DNA of 64,000 bases from Azolla caroliniana. Taxonomy: Eukaryota > Plantae > Polypodiophyta. Below are positions 49,951 through 63,870 of this stretch, one piece after another. Both the position numbers and the translations under genes were made by a program. The stretch spans positions 11,842,001 through 11,906,000 of the forward strand of contig JBHGNT010000011.1 in NCBI GenBank assembly GCA_043228905.1, in the 5' to 3' direction. Position 1 is the stretch's first letter. Every line of letters begins with the position of its first letter. The notes under the pieces are model-generated. The model was not told the origin of the DNA. It searched no databases and saw nothing but the letters and a program-made list of their open reading frames with translations.

Positions 49951-50014
49951 GGTGACCGCAGCAGCTGCAGCAGCAGAGCAGCGGTGTCGAAAACAGAGAG
50001 AGGGAGACACAGAG

Positions 50015-50058
<44 letters not shown>

Positions 50059-50081
50059 ACCACACTGTTCTGGGCGCTCTA

Positions 50082-53000
50082 ATGGAACATCCTCTTCCTC
50101 AGAGCAGCTTCAACGCAGATGCAGCAGTCCAATCTACAAACGATGAAGCCTCCTCCAGCAAACTGTGAGTCTTCTGCTCATCTTTTCTTTTGCTTCCACT
50201 GGTTTGCTTTCCTCGTTCTACTCAGTTTAGAAACTCTACATACATACATACATACATACATACCTACATACCTACATACAATGAGACTTTCTTTTATAGC
50301 TGCCGCATCAATGATGATGTTTTATTATTCATAGGGTACTGATGCGTTCCAAAGACTTGAGTTCGTGCTCATTTCTTTTGTTTTTCTTGGATAATATGAA
50401 GAATAAGCATTTCCAGGTTACATACAAATTTATATAAGCATAAATTAGTAAATTATAAATAACTCAATAAAATCATGAATAAATCAATCAATAAATAAAT
50501 AACAAAGGAATGAATGAATAAATAAATAAATAAAATATCGGGGGAGGCTTTGAGCGACAACTGCTGGTATTATTCAGAGGACCAATTTTTAGTTTTCTGT
50601 TTTGAATGGGCAGCCATATAATTCAGGATTGCTTCTGATAAGGCTTTTCATTCTAACATATATATCAAACAAAGCTTTTCATTCCAACATATATATCAAT
50701 GATGTATCAGTAACATGAGTGATACGCTCGAAAGTCAACCTTTTCTTTTTTATTGGATTAACTTGAGTATATGATAAATGAATGTAGCCACTTCAAGATT
50801 ACCTGTGGGGAAGGCATTTTCATTGGAATATAATTATGTCAATGCAATGAATTATTCATTGGATTTAAGGATGATTGATTCCCATTTCACATATTTCCAG
50901 TTTCCTTTTCTAGTGTCATTGAGGTATATGCACTTATGCACAATATGCTATTGTAATTGATCTGATCCTTATTGAGCAGATCATGTGTAAAAAAAGGCTA
51001 TATGGAAGATAATTATGTACAGTTTTTTGTTCGTCGCTTGACAAGAAGATCTCCGATCATAAATCGAGGTAGGTTCTGTTTTGATCTTGCGAATGAAGAA
51101 TTTGTAAAAATGACAATGTCAAAGAATTAGATGTTGAAAGAATAATATCAACCTGTAAATGTTCTTTGTTTCAAAAGGTTATTATGCACGGTGGGCTGCC
51201 ATCAGGAAGCTTTTATTACAATTCCTAGAGGCTGAACCATCTTCTTCTGAAGGAATCTCCATCCATTCCAAGAAACAAATTTTATCTCTTGGTGCAGGAT
51301 TTGATACAACTTTCTTCACACTACAGGTAAGTTGAGTATTTGGCCTGGATACATATGCAGATATATAATACCAAAGTCATGGCCGTGTATGTGTGTGTAG
51401 ATATATATGCATTTATGTATGTATGAATGCATCTTTCCCTCTGTATAAAGCTTAGAAACAGTGTACCCAGCTTATTTTGCAATGTGTATGTATATATACA
51501 TGGTCACTATGAAGCTTACGAATACTATACCTGACTTATTTTGCCTCTGGCAGAAGATGATATTTTTTGCCACATGAATTTGTAGTCACTAATGAGAAAT
51601 AAATTTCAGAGTTAATTGAGCTAGATTCCCTATTATACAAACATTCAGTTGGAGAGCAAGGCTGCACCTCCACATTTAAATATGAGATTTGAAAACGTAG
51701 AACCTCAGTTACAAAAATGTAATAACACAGGTCTAAACCTCAAACTTAAATATTGAGAATGTAGAGCAGTGTAAGCTTAAGGCTTAAAGATGTAGAGAAT
51801 TGTACCATTCATACCTATTCGCAAAAAAAAAAGACATGCATCTGTCATGATCTTCTCAAATCTGGTTCCAATGGGCCATCTCTCCAAAATCCATATCGAT
51901 GATGTGCAAAACAGTACAGCGGTTGCATGTGTGTCATTCACTCAGAAAAGATTACTCATGTAGGTCTATGGATAACTCTCAGTAGCTTCTCCATAACCAT
52001 TCATATGTAGGCAAACTGAGTGAAGTCGTCACAATCTTAAAGTACCATCATCCCTGAACAACAAAGGACATTTTCTGTTTTGCTTTATAAAAAAAGAAAC
52101 CAAATCTTAAGTGTACAGATAATGCATCACACATTCTCAATGAGGACATCAAGGCAATTGCATCATATAGTTTCCGGTTAATGTACAGAAACTCCTCTAC
52201 AAATACTGCATGGAAACACAGTTGCTTGTGGTAAGGTGAAGCCAGGACCATATATATGCTTTCTCTTGGCTTTAACATAATAGAATTGAAAATCACCAAA
52301 CTCGGATAAGTAAGCAGCAAAAACTGTATGCATCGGGCAAATATTGATGGAATGAGAGTCACCGATGATGAATAACTTTTCAATCACCACAATTAAGGAA
52401 CTCAATAACTTAATGGTTATAACAAGAGGAGAAAGAGAGACAGAGAAAATTGTGTTAATGTCCTCTTGGGGCAAAACTCGTATATGGGTCAAAACTCATA
52501 CATATGAGTGAGTGCAGGGAATTAAAGTGATAATTATAATGTGAAGATTAATGGAGACAAAAATAGTTGAGCACAAGCCATTTGGTGCATCTTCCCCATT
52601 TATTGCATGAACCAAAAGAAATCCTATAATAGGGTGTATTCATACCATATTTATGCTAGAAGTGAGAAGACAAAGGAGACTAAAAAATAAAGGAGACCCA
52701 AAATAACATTAATCCTTAGTACACCTGGCTTACATGTTAATCTATAATCTCCATATGTTCTTAAAATGCAAAAATGATCCCACCCACTGTAAGGGTTGTA
52801 GTATGACATGTCGAAGGACCGTAACTCCCATGCATGTGGAGGAGAGAAACAAATGAAGGAGTGGTAGAACATGCAGAACATATCTATAAAACTCGGCAAC
52901 AACTATGCAAAAAGTCAAGGAATGTGACACAAGTGTCACGGGCATGATATTATACATTTGCATGAGTGGACCAAGATATTATTCACATTATTGAGCATGA

Positions 53001-56000
53001 AACACATCTCATTTATTGTGAATCACTGAATCAAAATCTCAAAATCTAAAGTGTGTCTCAGAAACTAGATTGTATCTTCCCCTTACAGGAGACATATTAG
53101 CCAATTTTTCTCATACTCATTCCAGACGAAATCCCTATACAGTTCTTACACTCCATCTCACAATTATTCCATAGGGATTGCTCACACAACATCAAACGAA
53201 TAGTGCAGGTTGCAATAATGTGAGATTCGTGATGAAAGAAATAGACATACAACTACAACCAGATAACATCAGATGAAATAAAGTAGACTACAGTGGATAT
53301 ATTATCCAATTCTCCTCATACTTATTCCAAACCTAAATCCCTGGACAGGTCGTTACTCTCCATTGGAAAACTAGTTCATAGGGATTGCTTGCACAACATC
53401 AAATGAAGAATGCAGAAGAAATAATGTGAGATTCATATGAAAGAAATATACATACAACTACATCCAGATAACATCAGATGAATAACAAGTAGACATTATA
53501 TAACATCAAGTGGAGATATGGTGGACATAAAATAACATCAAACAAAGATAAATTAGCCATAAGATATCATCAAATGGAGTTCATATAGGCATAAAATAGC
53601 ATCAAATAAAGATAAAAAATACACATAAAACTACAAGAAAAGGAGAGTCAAATAAAAAAAACTGAAAATTCAACGTCTATCCAACCATCATCACTGGAAT
53701 CTGGATCTGATGCATAACATGAGAGGAAAATGGCTTAAAGACAGTTCATGTTCTCCAAAAGCCAAATGCTTTGTTAGCTTGAAGCATACACAGATCATAA
53801 GCTACAACAGAAGAAAGAGACAAAGAGGAAGTGTCATAAAGAGAAAGTTAAAGCAATTTTTTTTTTTTTTGCATAACTGCGCCATAATTCATGCATAGAT
53901 GCATCCATGATCACACAGGCATCATCTACGTATATATTCCTCAATCATGAACGAAACTCTGAATTTCGATGCTGATAAAGCAGCAGGTCTTTTCCCCCCC
54001 TTGTTATTTACTCTTGGAAACAAAGAGAAAACACCGACTCACCCCTAGCTTATAGCCTATCAGAATTCCACAACTTTTCTTAAAATTATGAAAATGCTGA
54101 TAGCTGTTGAGAAATTACCAAATACCCCTACTTTCCAATTATATCAAATCAACGCTATTAACTAGTTAGATTAACTTGATTAGTGCTCATTAGAGCCCAG
54201 ATGCCACTCATTATGAGTGGCAGCTCTTGGCTGTCATGACAACTGCCAGATTATGAGTGTTAATTGGAGCCCTGAATAACACCCATCAAAATAAACGTTA
54301 TTTAACTCTTACAATGATATGATGATAAGTTGTATTATGGGATCTAAATAAAAGTAGAAGTGTTATTATTGTGGTTGTTAATCATTGATCATAATACAGG
54401 TAATAATAATCTTATTATTAGTGTTAATCCAAGTGTAAGTGTAGATAAAAAAATAGTGTTAATTTGACTTAATGACAGAAGTAGTGGTATTTTGGTAAAA
54501 AAGAAGTGGTGTTTTCTGAAACTTTTGAAGCTCACATTTGATTGCTTAACACAAGTTTTCTTTCAATTAATAATTAGAAGAAACAAAATTACTTCGATAG
54601 TTGAACGCGAGTATTTTTTGGCATTAGAGGAAAACTATTGTTCAAACTTTGAACTTTGAAATGGAAGAGTTTTTGGTGGTCTAGAAGGATTTTGTATCTT
54701 TGTGTGTTATTTAACAAAGCCGGGGAATCTTTTCTTGCTCCAAACTATTGTTTTGTTTGTCTCAGGGATGTTCCCTTTGGAATATTTATGGGTATGGTAT
54801 AGTCGAATGCAAGGTTTTTTTGGTTATTAGAGAAAAACTAATGTTCAAACTTGTAAGTTTGAAATGGAAGGATTGTCAGTGGTCTAAGAGGCTTTTATAT
54901 CATGTCATTTAACAAAGCTGGAGAATCTTTTCTTGTTCCAAGCTATTGTTTTGTTTGTCACGGTGACGTTCCCTTTGGAATATGGTATGGGTGTGCCATA
55001 AAGTTTATTTTGTGTTCTGTTTCCAATTCAATTCTGCTGTAGCAATAATTTTTTCACTCTTCTGACCTGTAGTTGACTGGTACACAGCACTCCATATCAT
55101 TATTTTCTTGCAACCTTCCAAAAGGAAGGACTGAAATGGCCATGCATTATTTAGGACAAGATATTTGAAGGTAAAAATTCGGATTTCATGCATGCCCGAG
55201 TCTATTTATGTTTTCTAGCTGTTCAATAATTGGTTACCTCATCTGTTGGTTTTTTCTTCTACAGAATAAAGTCTATTGAGCCTAATTGCTACCTTTTTGC
55301 AGGATGAGGGGAGGGCACCTCATTTATTTGTGGAGCTGGATTTCAAGGAGGTAATTTCTGATTTTAGTGTGTCATACCAACACGAAGAAAAAATCTCATA
55401 TTTTTGCTAGATATGGGGGGTCTAAGACTTTTGCATAGATTTTCTATGTCATAGGCAGTTACATCAGTACATTTTATTGCAATATACACATGCACTTGTA
55501 TTTTTATTTGCTATTATGTAGGAGACTTCTTCTGATTTGCATCAGGGTATCACAATCTTCCAATCATTTTATCTTGAATGAACCTTAGTCAGAGACTTGA
55601 CATAGATGATAGAGCTCCTATGCCATGGGAAGCCCTATAAGATTCTCTTCCTACAATGCACATGCCTAGAATTTTAAATAAATCCCCTGCAGCATGTCAA
55701 GACAACGAAAGCTTTAAATGAATCTTGTGAACCTGGTAAGCTGAACCGTTTCATATAATTTGTATTTGGTGGAGTTGCATCAAATTCTGTTTATGATTTG
55801 AACTTGGTCTACAAATCTTTAAAACCCCTTGAGAGGATTGGATTCAATGCTTGTTAACAGTGATTTTTGAAGGACTCAAGTGTGTCAGCTTATAGAAATT
55901 CTATGATAATATTACTGTTTTGAGATAGGAACATGATATTGAGTTCCTGATCTCCTTGTTTATTATGTTTTTTCTTTCAAAAGTGTTTTATAGGTCAAAT

Positions 56001-59000
56001 AAATGTCTAATAGAAACTTCAGTTTGTGACACATGTGAAATAGATATAAGACCAAGTGAAACTTTTGATATTCTTGTGCAAACTATTAATCTTCTTATAA
56101 TAACTACAGCTCCCATTACAAGCTATAGATAGTAGGCTACCAAAGAACAAAATACTTCTCCATGCTTTATATTCAGATATTCTAATAGACTTGGTATATA
56201 AGAGTTTGTCCATTGGTTAGTTTGGCTATATTGGACAATTTCAGGTGTAGAACAAAGGGGCAACAAGACTGTATCCTAAACCTAAAGCACAAGAGAAATG
56301 ATCATATCATACAAAAGTTTTGTTTCTTCTGAAGTGCTCTAGGTTTTGTACTTAACAGCTGGTAGGTATTTTAGTGTGAGATAGATAAATTAACAATAGA
56401 ACAGGCTGGCGGACTTTGCTACTTGTGCAAAAAGAATTAGAAATTGATAACATGGTAGATTTATTAAATATTGGGCAGCACAGAAACACATTAGATTTGC
56501 ATGATTGTTTTTGAATTTAAAGCTTGCTGAATGGGGTTTCAGACTGACTCAAGCAATATGTATCAGAAATTCCATCTATGGGCTGAATCAGAAATACCTA
56601 TTTGGGCTTACAGCTCAAAGAATATAAGATTGTGAAGACAAACTCTGTTACAGAGAAGCAGAAGCAGGCTGGGTAGATATAACGAGAGAATGTGCGCTGA
56701 TCAGTTGGACAATGGATGTTTTTAATATGTGGACTCTATGGGGCTGTGTCGATCTGGCATGTTAAAATGAGAATTAATTTGAGTTTGTTTAAGAATCAGA
56801 CCAGTTAATTATGTTTGGTGGAGTCAAATTGTGTTGAGCAAAAGCAATTAATTTTATCATTGCAAGAAACTCATGTTTAAAGTTTGCAGAGAAACGGTCT
56901 TGGAAATGGAGTCTCTAGGTTTTGGGCATCTCAATTATTAGGTGTTTCCTGTTCAAACAGTTGGGCTGTTTTTGATTGATTAGGGGACTTCGCCAACAGT
57001 TCTTTTAATCTCTTGTTCATAATATAGTTCAATGGGCTCAAGTGGGTGTGCAAGAAAGTCGCAACTGGAGAGGAAACTTTTGCAGGGAAAAGGGGCTTGC
57101 AAATGGTGTCTCTAGGTTTTTTGCATCTCAGTTGGAAATTGTTTCCTGTTCAAATAGTTGGTTGGGCTGCTTTTGATTGATTAGGGATCTTCATTTACAA
57201 TTCTTTTAATCTCTTCTTCTTGACACAGCTCAATGGGTTTGTCAAGTGGATTGTGTGTTTGAGAAGTCCTTGTTTATTGTTCTTTGGGTTATATGTGCTG
57301 TTAGAGATTATCACATGGAATTCATTTGACTTTATGTAAAATTCTCTCATTCTGTAATATTTAGTATTTGGCAAATGTTAGTTAATTAGTATAACACAGC
57401 AATGTTATTTCTCTATCAATCAATTGTGGATTGTATAATAAAGCTAGATCAAACTTTCTAAACTTATCTATCAAAGACTCTAGAGGCTGGTTATGATATG
57501 TCTATGTTTATGGATCCTATATTTTAATCTGGAATTATATAGAGCATATGTAAAACATATCGTGATTTTTTATGTTGCTTATTGTTTATTGTTCATATTG
57601 TGTTTACCTCTCTATATGCATTTATCTACCTTGTAATAGGTAACGAGCAAGAAGGCAACAATTATTGATGCTTATGAGGCAATGCATAGTAAGCTTGGTT
57701 CTGGCGCCATCATATGTAAAGGTAATCAAACGATCCTTACAGTGCATTAGTTTGTTTACTGATGATAATTACATATCTAGCTTGAGTAAATTTGGTGAAA
57801 GTATCAAGTTCAAAAGTTTGGATTTAAAGCTCTGTCATACATCTATTAGTTCAATTGCGTTAAGGTTAAAAAATATATTACATACATGTGGGATGCTGGT
57901 TGACGAACAAGAATAAATCAGTATAAATATATTTCTAGAAAATTATACTTCTTTCCTTCCCCTGATGAATAATTGATTATTCAGGCAACATAATGTTCTG
58001 GTATTGGAAAATACTCACAAATGAAGAGTTTCCACCTTAGTATGCCAAAATATTGGGGTTGTAGTACCCTCTGAAGATTTGGAACTACATATTTAGACTC
58101 TTATTATAATTCTATTATCCTTTCTTTGGGCAGCTGCTTATTATATACGTACATGGTTGTCCTACTAAACAACTACTGAAGGTCTTTCTACATGCACTGG
58201 ATGCAGAAAAAGGGCAAGTATTCAGTGACCATTACAAGCTTCTACCTGCAGACCTACGTGATATTAACTCACTGAATATGATATTGGAGCAGGCAAACGT
58301 CGATCTCAGGTACGAAAAGGTGATATTCCTGAAAAAATATCTCAGGGCAATATCTTATCTGATGGGAAGGATATTTTTCTTGGGAAAGAAAAGCAAAGAA
58401 AAATCAAAAGATTTTAGTAACAGTTGCTGACCTCTGTTGGGTTATCAGTTTGCCAACTCTGATCCTTGCAGAATGTGTGCTAATTTACCTTGATCCTGAA
58501 GTGAGCCGTGCTGTTATTGACTGGACAGGCCACAAATTCCCTACATCCATTTTTGTGGTGTATGAGCAGGTTGGGCTGTGCTATATTCTCTTGAGCTCTG
58601 GAGTTCTAGGCAATGCTCTATTAACAATTGATTAATTGAATATCACAAGTTTATGTTGCACAACAGATTCACCCAGATGATGCGTTTGGACAGCAAATGC
58701 TGAGGAACCTTGAGGTTGTCTCAAATTACTAAGTAAAGCCTTTTTTTCTAGTTATATTAACAACAATTGGGGTAGATCTTTCCTTCATCTTATTTGTGTG
58801 GGTGATGCATGGCTGAAGGTTTCTTATCTTGAATGTTTTTGGGTTTTTTTTGACGCTTTATGCTAAACTTTGACTTCCTCATCATGCACATATTTGCTTT
58901 TAGGATACAATGACAATCTGACTTGTTTAGACTGTGTAAACTTTTTCTTTCTAGCATAACATGTTGAATTTTGAAGCTATTAGAGGACTGGCAATGAATG

Positions 59001-61507
59001 TAATTGGTTTCATATAGAACACCTTTAGCCTATAAATTTGTGCCCAAGCACTTTAAGCCCATGAGTCCAAGTTAGTCCAAAGGATAGTTTCCAGTTGCAT
59101 TCTTATGTATTAGAATTTCTAAAAAGATGGTGATCTGAAAATGAGTTAATGCAACCTCTAGTTAACTCAGAAACTTTAAGTATTGCATTTTACTACGAAT
59201 ATGAGGATAGAACTGGAGAATGTTTTTTCCATGACACAGTAGGATAATAATTGTTTCTGTACTTGTGATGGCGTGTGTGCAAGATCCATTGGATAAGGCT
59301 TTTTTTGGAAAATTTAGAGCCGCCTGTAATGGTAAAACTTTCAGGGAAATGTGATCAGATCATGCAAAATTTGGAAAATCAGTAGTTAATGCAAGGCAAA
59401 CTCATATTAGTTAAGGGATGTTTTTGCCAATGTGACATTCATTTTGCAAATTTTTGGGGTTCCCCCTAGACTACTGTTTCTGTTTTGGATTTTGTCCATA
59501 TTGCATATATAAGAATGCATTAATAGGTCGCAGTAGGGATTTGAACTTTATCATGGTATGATTTTCTATGATGTCATAGGGATTTGAACCCTATGCTCAC
59601 ATCTTTCTGTTTGCACTGTGAATGGTACCTATGAGTGTAGTTTACAAATTCCACATTAGATCTGTCAACTCCATTTTTAGTATAATTCAGAGAGAATAGG
59701 ATTGCAATTTTGCTTATGTGAAAAATAGCCTATATATTGGAATTCTATGTTTATATATTCTGTGCAGAGGAGAGGATGTCCTCTACTAGGCCTTGAAGAT
59801 ACGCCAACATTAGAGGCTAAAAGGCGAAGATTTTCAGATTTTGGTTGGCAGGTTTGTGTCTTAAAATGTGAAACATTGTTTTTTTCTTCTAAATCGTGAA
59901 TTCTAAAATGCATGTCCTGCAAACACGTTAAGAACCATGATTTATTTGACTGGGCAACATTGCTTCAGTATCGTGAATTGCCAGCAAATGCATTTTTGAT
60001 GAGAGTAATCACATTTTGGTTGGTAGCACATATATAGAAATGAACACATATAGAAAACTTTCTAAGTCTTGGACGTGTGGTTTAGAATAGCACTAATTTT
60101 ATGTGAGCCTATTTGTTTAATCAGTGTGAACAATCTGTTATTTCATATTTCCTAAAAAATGCAGTAAATGGGACGGAGAAATGTGTTTTCTAAGACAATA
60201 GTGAAAACTGCATCAATGTTGTACAGAATCCAGATATTGCAGTTCTGGTGTTCCAATGCTTGATCAGAATAAACCTAGGCTACATTCTCCATTCTCATTT
60301 GTAGGAAATAATTTTATGGGGAATGCACCATTTCATAAAAAGTTCACAACTTTCATTTATAACAAATTCTCACGTGTATTAATTCAATTCACCCATATTG
60401 TTTGCCCATAGGGTAGAATGGCTACAGTCATGGACCAGATTTCTGAGAAGATTTAATTACTCAGGTGGTAATGATTTATATACTCCTTGATATGGTGCAG
60501 AGGATTACTGAGAAAGAAAGTTACTTTAACATCTACTAGAGGCTGAAGTTGGCCTATGAGACATTTGTCAGAAGTACACCTTATAGCGTCTTCTAGATTA
60601 CAATTTATGTTATGTTGATGTTAGACTTCAGTGATTTATCTCCACCTTTTCCTAGTTACACATTCATGTGTAGTGCTCACATTTCTGTAAATTATCCAGT
60701 GCTTATACTTTTTTTCTTTAAAGAGCACTATATAATGTCCTTGAAAAGCATGAAATGAGACATATCCTCTATTCAGGCTCCTCAAATCCTTGTTAAAGCA
60801 GTTAAATTTTGAATCATCCTTAATTGCATCCCTCTTGAATACCATAGTGCATATATAGCGTAGGTCATATGGATTTAAAGTTGCATTAGTAGCATGATTT
60901 ATTTATTAGGCTTTGACTAGTTGATGTGCTTTGAAGGGCTTTTACAGAGAGCTGAAGCTCTAGACATGGATGTCATTTACAATAAACATGTTGATCTAAA
61001 CGATCGGAAAAGGTGTGTATTATCTTTTTTTTTACTTAAATCACTTTCAAGTGCTTGAGTTCTCCCTTCTTTTGTTATTTGGAAGATTTGAGATGCTCTT
61101 CAATAAGAATATCCAGAAAATGACTATCTTTGGCAGGATTGAGAGATTGGAGTTATTTGATGAGTTCGAAGAATGGCATATGTTGCAGGTATTTATACTA
61201 TATTCTCTTATTGGATTTGGGCAAATAGAGAAAAAACCTTCCTGGATAGTATGGAATTCTTAATTCATAACTTAGTTTGTCATCTTGTAGTTTATTGCAT
61301 CCTTTCTCTTTGCAGGAGCATTATTGTATTTCTTATGGCATTAATGACAAACTGGTAAGAAAATGGTTATCCAGATTATAACTCACGATGCTTGTAAGTA
61401 TGTATGCACTCTAAGAATGTTACTTTTTATCAAATATATCCATGCAGGGAATGTTTGGAAACTTTGGGTTTCATGATGAAATTGTGAAAGGTGGGAAGAG
61501 TTCATAG
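50082..61507 (+). CDS. LCMT1: Leucine carboxyl methyltransferase 1 (PP2A C-subunit methyltransferase; SBI1/PPM1 homologue), 13 exons, 340 aa
   Basis: GT-AG exons in consistent phase: 50082-50164, 50980-51068, 51178-51326, 55303-55350, 57640-57721, 58207-58309, 58449-58569, 58667-58714, 59768-59851, 60948-61012, 61137-61188, 61316-61354, 61448-61507 (1023 nt). Motifs: AVQSTND, SCVKKGY, RSPIINRGYYAR, QILSLGAGFDT, ADLRD, AECVLIY, YEQIHPDDAFGQQM, LELFDEFEEW, HYC. Confidence 0.95.
53089..53495. repeat. Degenerate ~206-bp tandem duplication (LCMT1 intron 3)
   Basis: ATAGGGATTGCT at 53171 and 53378; CCAGATAACATCAGATGAA at 53259 and 53464. Confidence 0.85.
54110..54500. mobile_element. MITE / non-autonomous MULE-like element with long imperfect TIRs (intron 3)
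   Basis: TTACCAAATACCCCTACTTTCCAATTATATCAAATCAACGCTATT (from ~54115) matches the reverse complement of ~54452-54498 (TTACCAAAATACCACTACTTCTGTCATTAAGTCAAATTAACACTATT). Confidence 0.6.
54613..54995. repeat. Degenerate ~200-bp tandem duplication (intron 3)
   Basis: TTCAAACTT at 54641 and 54844; AACAAAGC at 54713 and 54911. Confidence 0.85.
56883..57250. repeat. Degenerate ~199-bp tandem duplication (intron 4)
   Basis: GTCTCTAGGTTTT at 56911 and 57108; TTCTTTTAATCTCTT at 57000 and 57201. Confidence 0.85.
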
Positions 61508-63524
61508 GATTTTATAACCCTTTGCTCAAAGAAAATATAGACATGGGAATACTGCAACATTTTCTTTCCGATATTTGGGATTAAACGATACGGTCTTTTT
61601 CCTCTATGAACGTTGAAGTTTTTTTGTGTATGTTAAGTAAAATGTATGAAATAGAGATGTCAAATTCTAGTGAGATACAAGATGGGATCTGTATTAATTT
61701 CATGGCTATAAAATATGCTCCTTATTTTACGAGGGAAAACTAAAAGCGCTCTAGCTCACTTTATTGATGTTTTTACCTATGTTTTCCTTGTGGAAGTGCT
61801 CAGCCTCATCTTACTATGTCTTTCCTATGTTATCACTGTTACAAGTCATATGTAATGACAGTCTAATTGTGTCCATGGCCAAATGCTTTTTCCAAAGGAG
61901 AGGAAGAAGAGATGTTGATATATCAGGGCAAGGCATAATTATGAACAAAAATATTTACTTGATTTATCTTTCATGTACCAACAACCTTAAAAGACATTCT
62001 CTTTTGGGATTTGATGAGGATGGATAATTTTCAAAAACAAATGTGTGACATGAAACTTCATCGGCCATGATTACTTTTTTTTTATTTTGAATAAATCTCA
62101 AGACATTGTGCTGTAGCATTAGGATAAGTTTTGGTATGCATATGATTTATAATTTGATACCTACCACCTCTTTAAGAGAATCATACTATGGGTGAGTAAG
62201 TTCAGCTGCTCTTCATTTCTTTTATTGCTTTGCTCTCCAACTTAAAATGGCTTTTAATCAAGCTCTCAACCTTGTAACACAATAGGGAAGTGGTTTAGAC
62301 CTAGGAGTTGTAACTCTTGATTTTCTTTACTGTACCCTTACCTTTGCTTTATTTCTTCCCTTCCCACTCTATATCAATTTATGCTTAAATACTGGCTATT
62401 TCATACAAGGTATAAGTGCTTTGTTTAATCCTTGAAGATCTCAATCAACTCTTGTATCTTAACCATATAATATTCATGACTTATTGCTACTTTCTCAAAC
62501 TTATTGAAAGAATGAATGCTTTCATATATGTAAGCAGCAAGACCTATATTCTTCATTAGGAGGACAAATTAATGCATTTTAGTTCATATAACTGATCATC
62601 TTGTTACGACCTTACACTATAGAAGATGGAGAATTGCAAATTGGGAGATATTTTCTTGAGAGACATTATAATAAGTTGTTATGGTGTGGTTTGGCAAGAG
62701 TACCATGTGGTAGAAGTTGCCTTATGTTTGGCTCTTATAATAGACAAAATATGTGTATAGTCAAACAAAAAAGCAAGGTGTATATTATGGTTTGGATGTC
62801 ATTATAGTAAACAAAACAAGTTTAGTTTCAATATCATGCATCATTGCTTATTAATATTATGCAATCTACTCACATGTGATAGTTCTTAGAATTGTAATGT
62901 TAGAGGGCAAATGGCTATATCCTATATGGGATATTATGTATGAGGATTGGATTGGAAGGTTAGTATGGCTATATCCTATATGGGGTATTATGTATATATG
63001 TATATTGGATTAGATAGCAACAATATTTGAAAGATTTTGTTCATCTTTTTCCTCTCTTTTAGGAACAAATAAAGTTGAATGTGGCCAATGAATTTTTGTG
63101 CAGATTGTCAAGTTAGTTTCTGACCCAAAACGTATCTGGACATGAGTTCCCTAATCTCAAATATTTTGTTGTGCTCGAGATGTCTTGACTCTAGCCTTTA
63201 ATGCTTCCCAATATCTTATCGATTGTTGAGCACAAGCCTCATTCTTCTCCCATGTTGGCCGAATTTGAGACTTTGGGAGCAAAATGGAGTATCATTGTAC
63301 TCTATTTGAGATTTGGTAGGTTTTGTGGTTTGTTGGAATGCCACATTCGGAGTTTCAATTTGTGTTTGTTTTTCTATTTTACTAGAGGTTATGATTCAAC
63401 TAGTGTATGTGGAATGCTTTTGTAAAGATTCATTCTACACTTCAATCATTATATTGGTATGAAATTCTTTTTGTTGTCAACTTCCAAAAGGTCAACCCAA
63501 AGAAAAGCTAGAGGATAAGTATGG

Positions 63525-63870
63525 AGATTGGAGTAATAGAGAGGTGAGAAATTTAGGTCTCAAACCCAAGACCTGGGGCTAGTAATCTAAGAGTTTATCT
63601 TAGGGATAAGGTAATTACGTTAGAGAGAGAGAGTTATTGAGATGGATGTAGCTCAGCTGGTAAGGTTGTTCAATGGAGACAAGAGGATCATGGCTTCAAT
63701 AGTGGCATCAAGTAAATTAAGAGATATGTGTGGAGTAATAATAGAGAGGCGAGAAAATTTGGGTTTTGAACCCAAAACGTAGTGCTAGTATTTGAGGAAA
63801 TTAGGTCTCAAACCCAAGACCTAGGGCTAGTAATCTTACAATTTATTAGTTGGGGCAAGGTAATTACAAT
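63525..63870. repeat. Degenerate tandem repeats downstream of LCMT1
   Basis: GGAGTAATA..AGAGAGG.GAGAAA at 63530 and 63732; AGGTCTCAAACCCAAGACCT.GGGCTAGTAATCT at ~63555 and ~63803. Confidence 0.75.

Noticed and set aside
61764-63425. Short ORFs downstream of LCMT1
   Set aside because: Low-complexity AT-rich frames without motifs or convincing splice structure.
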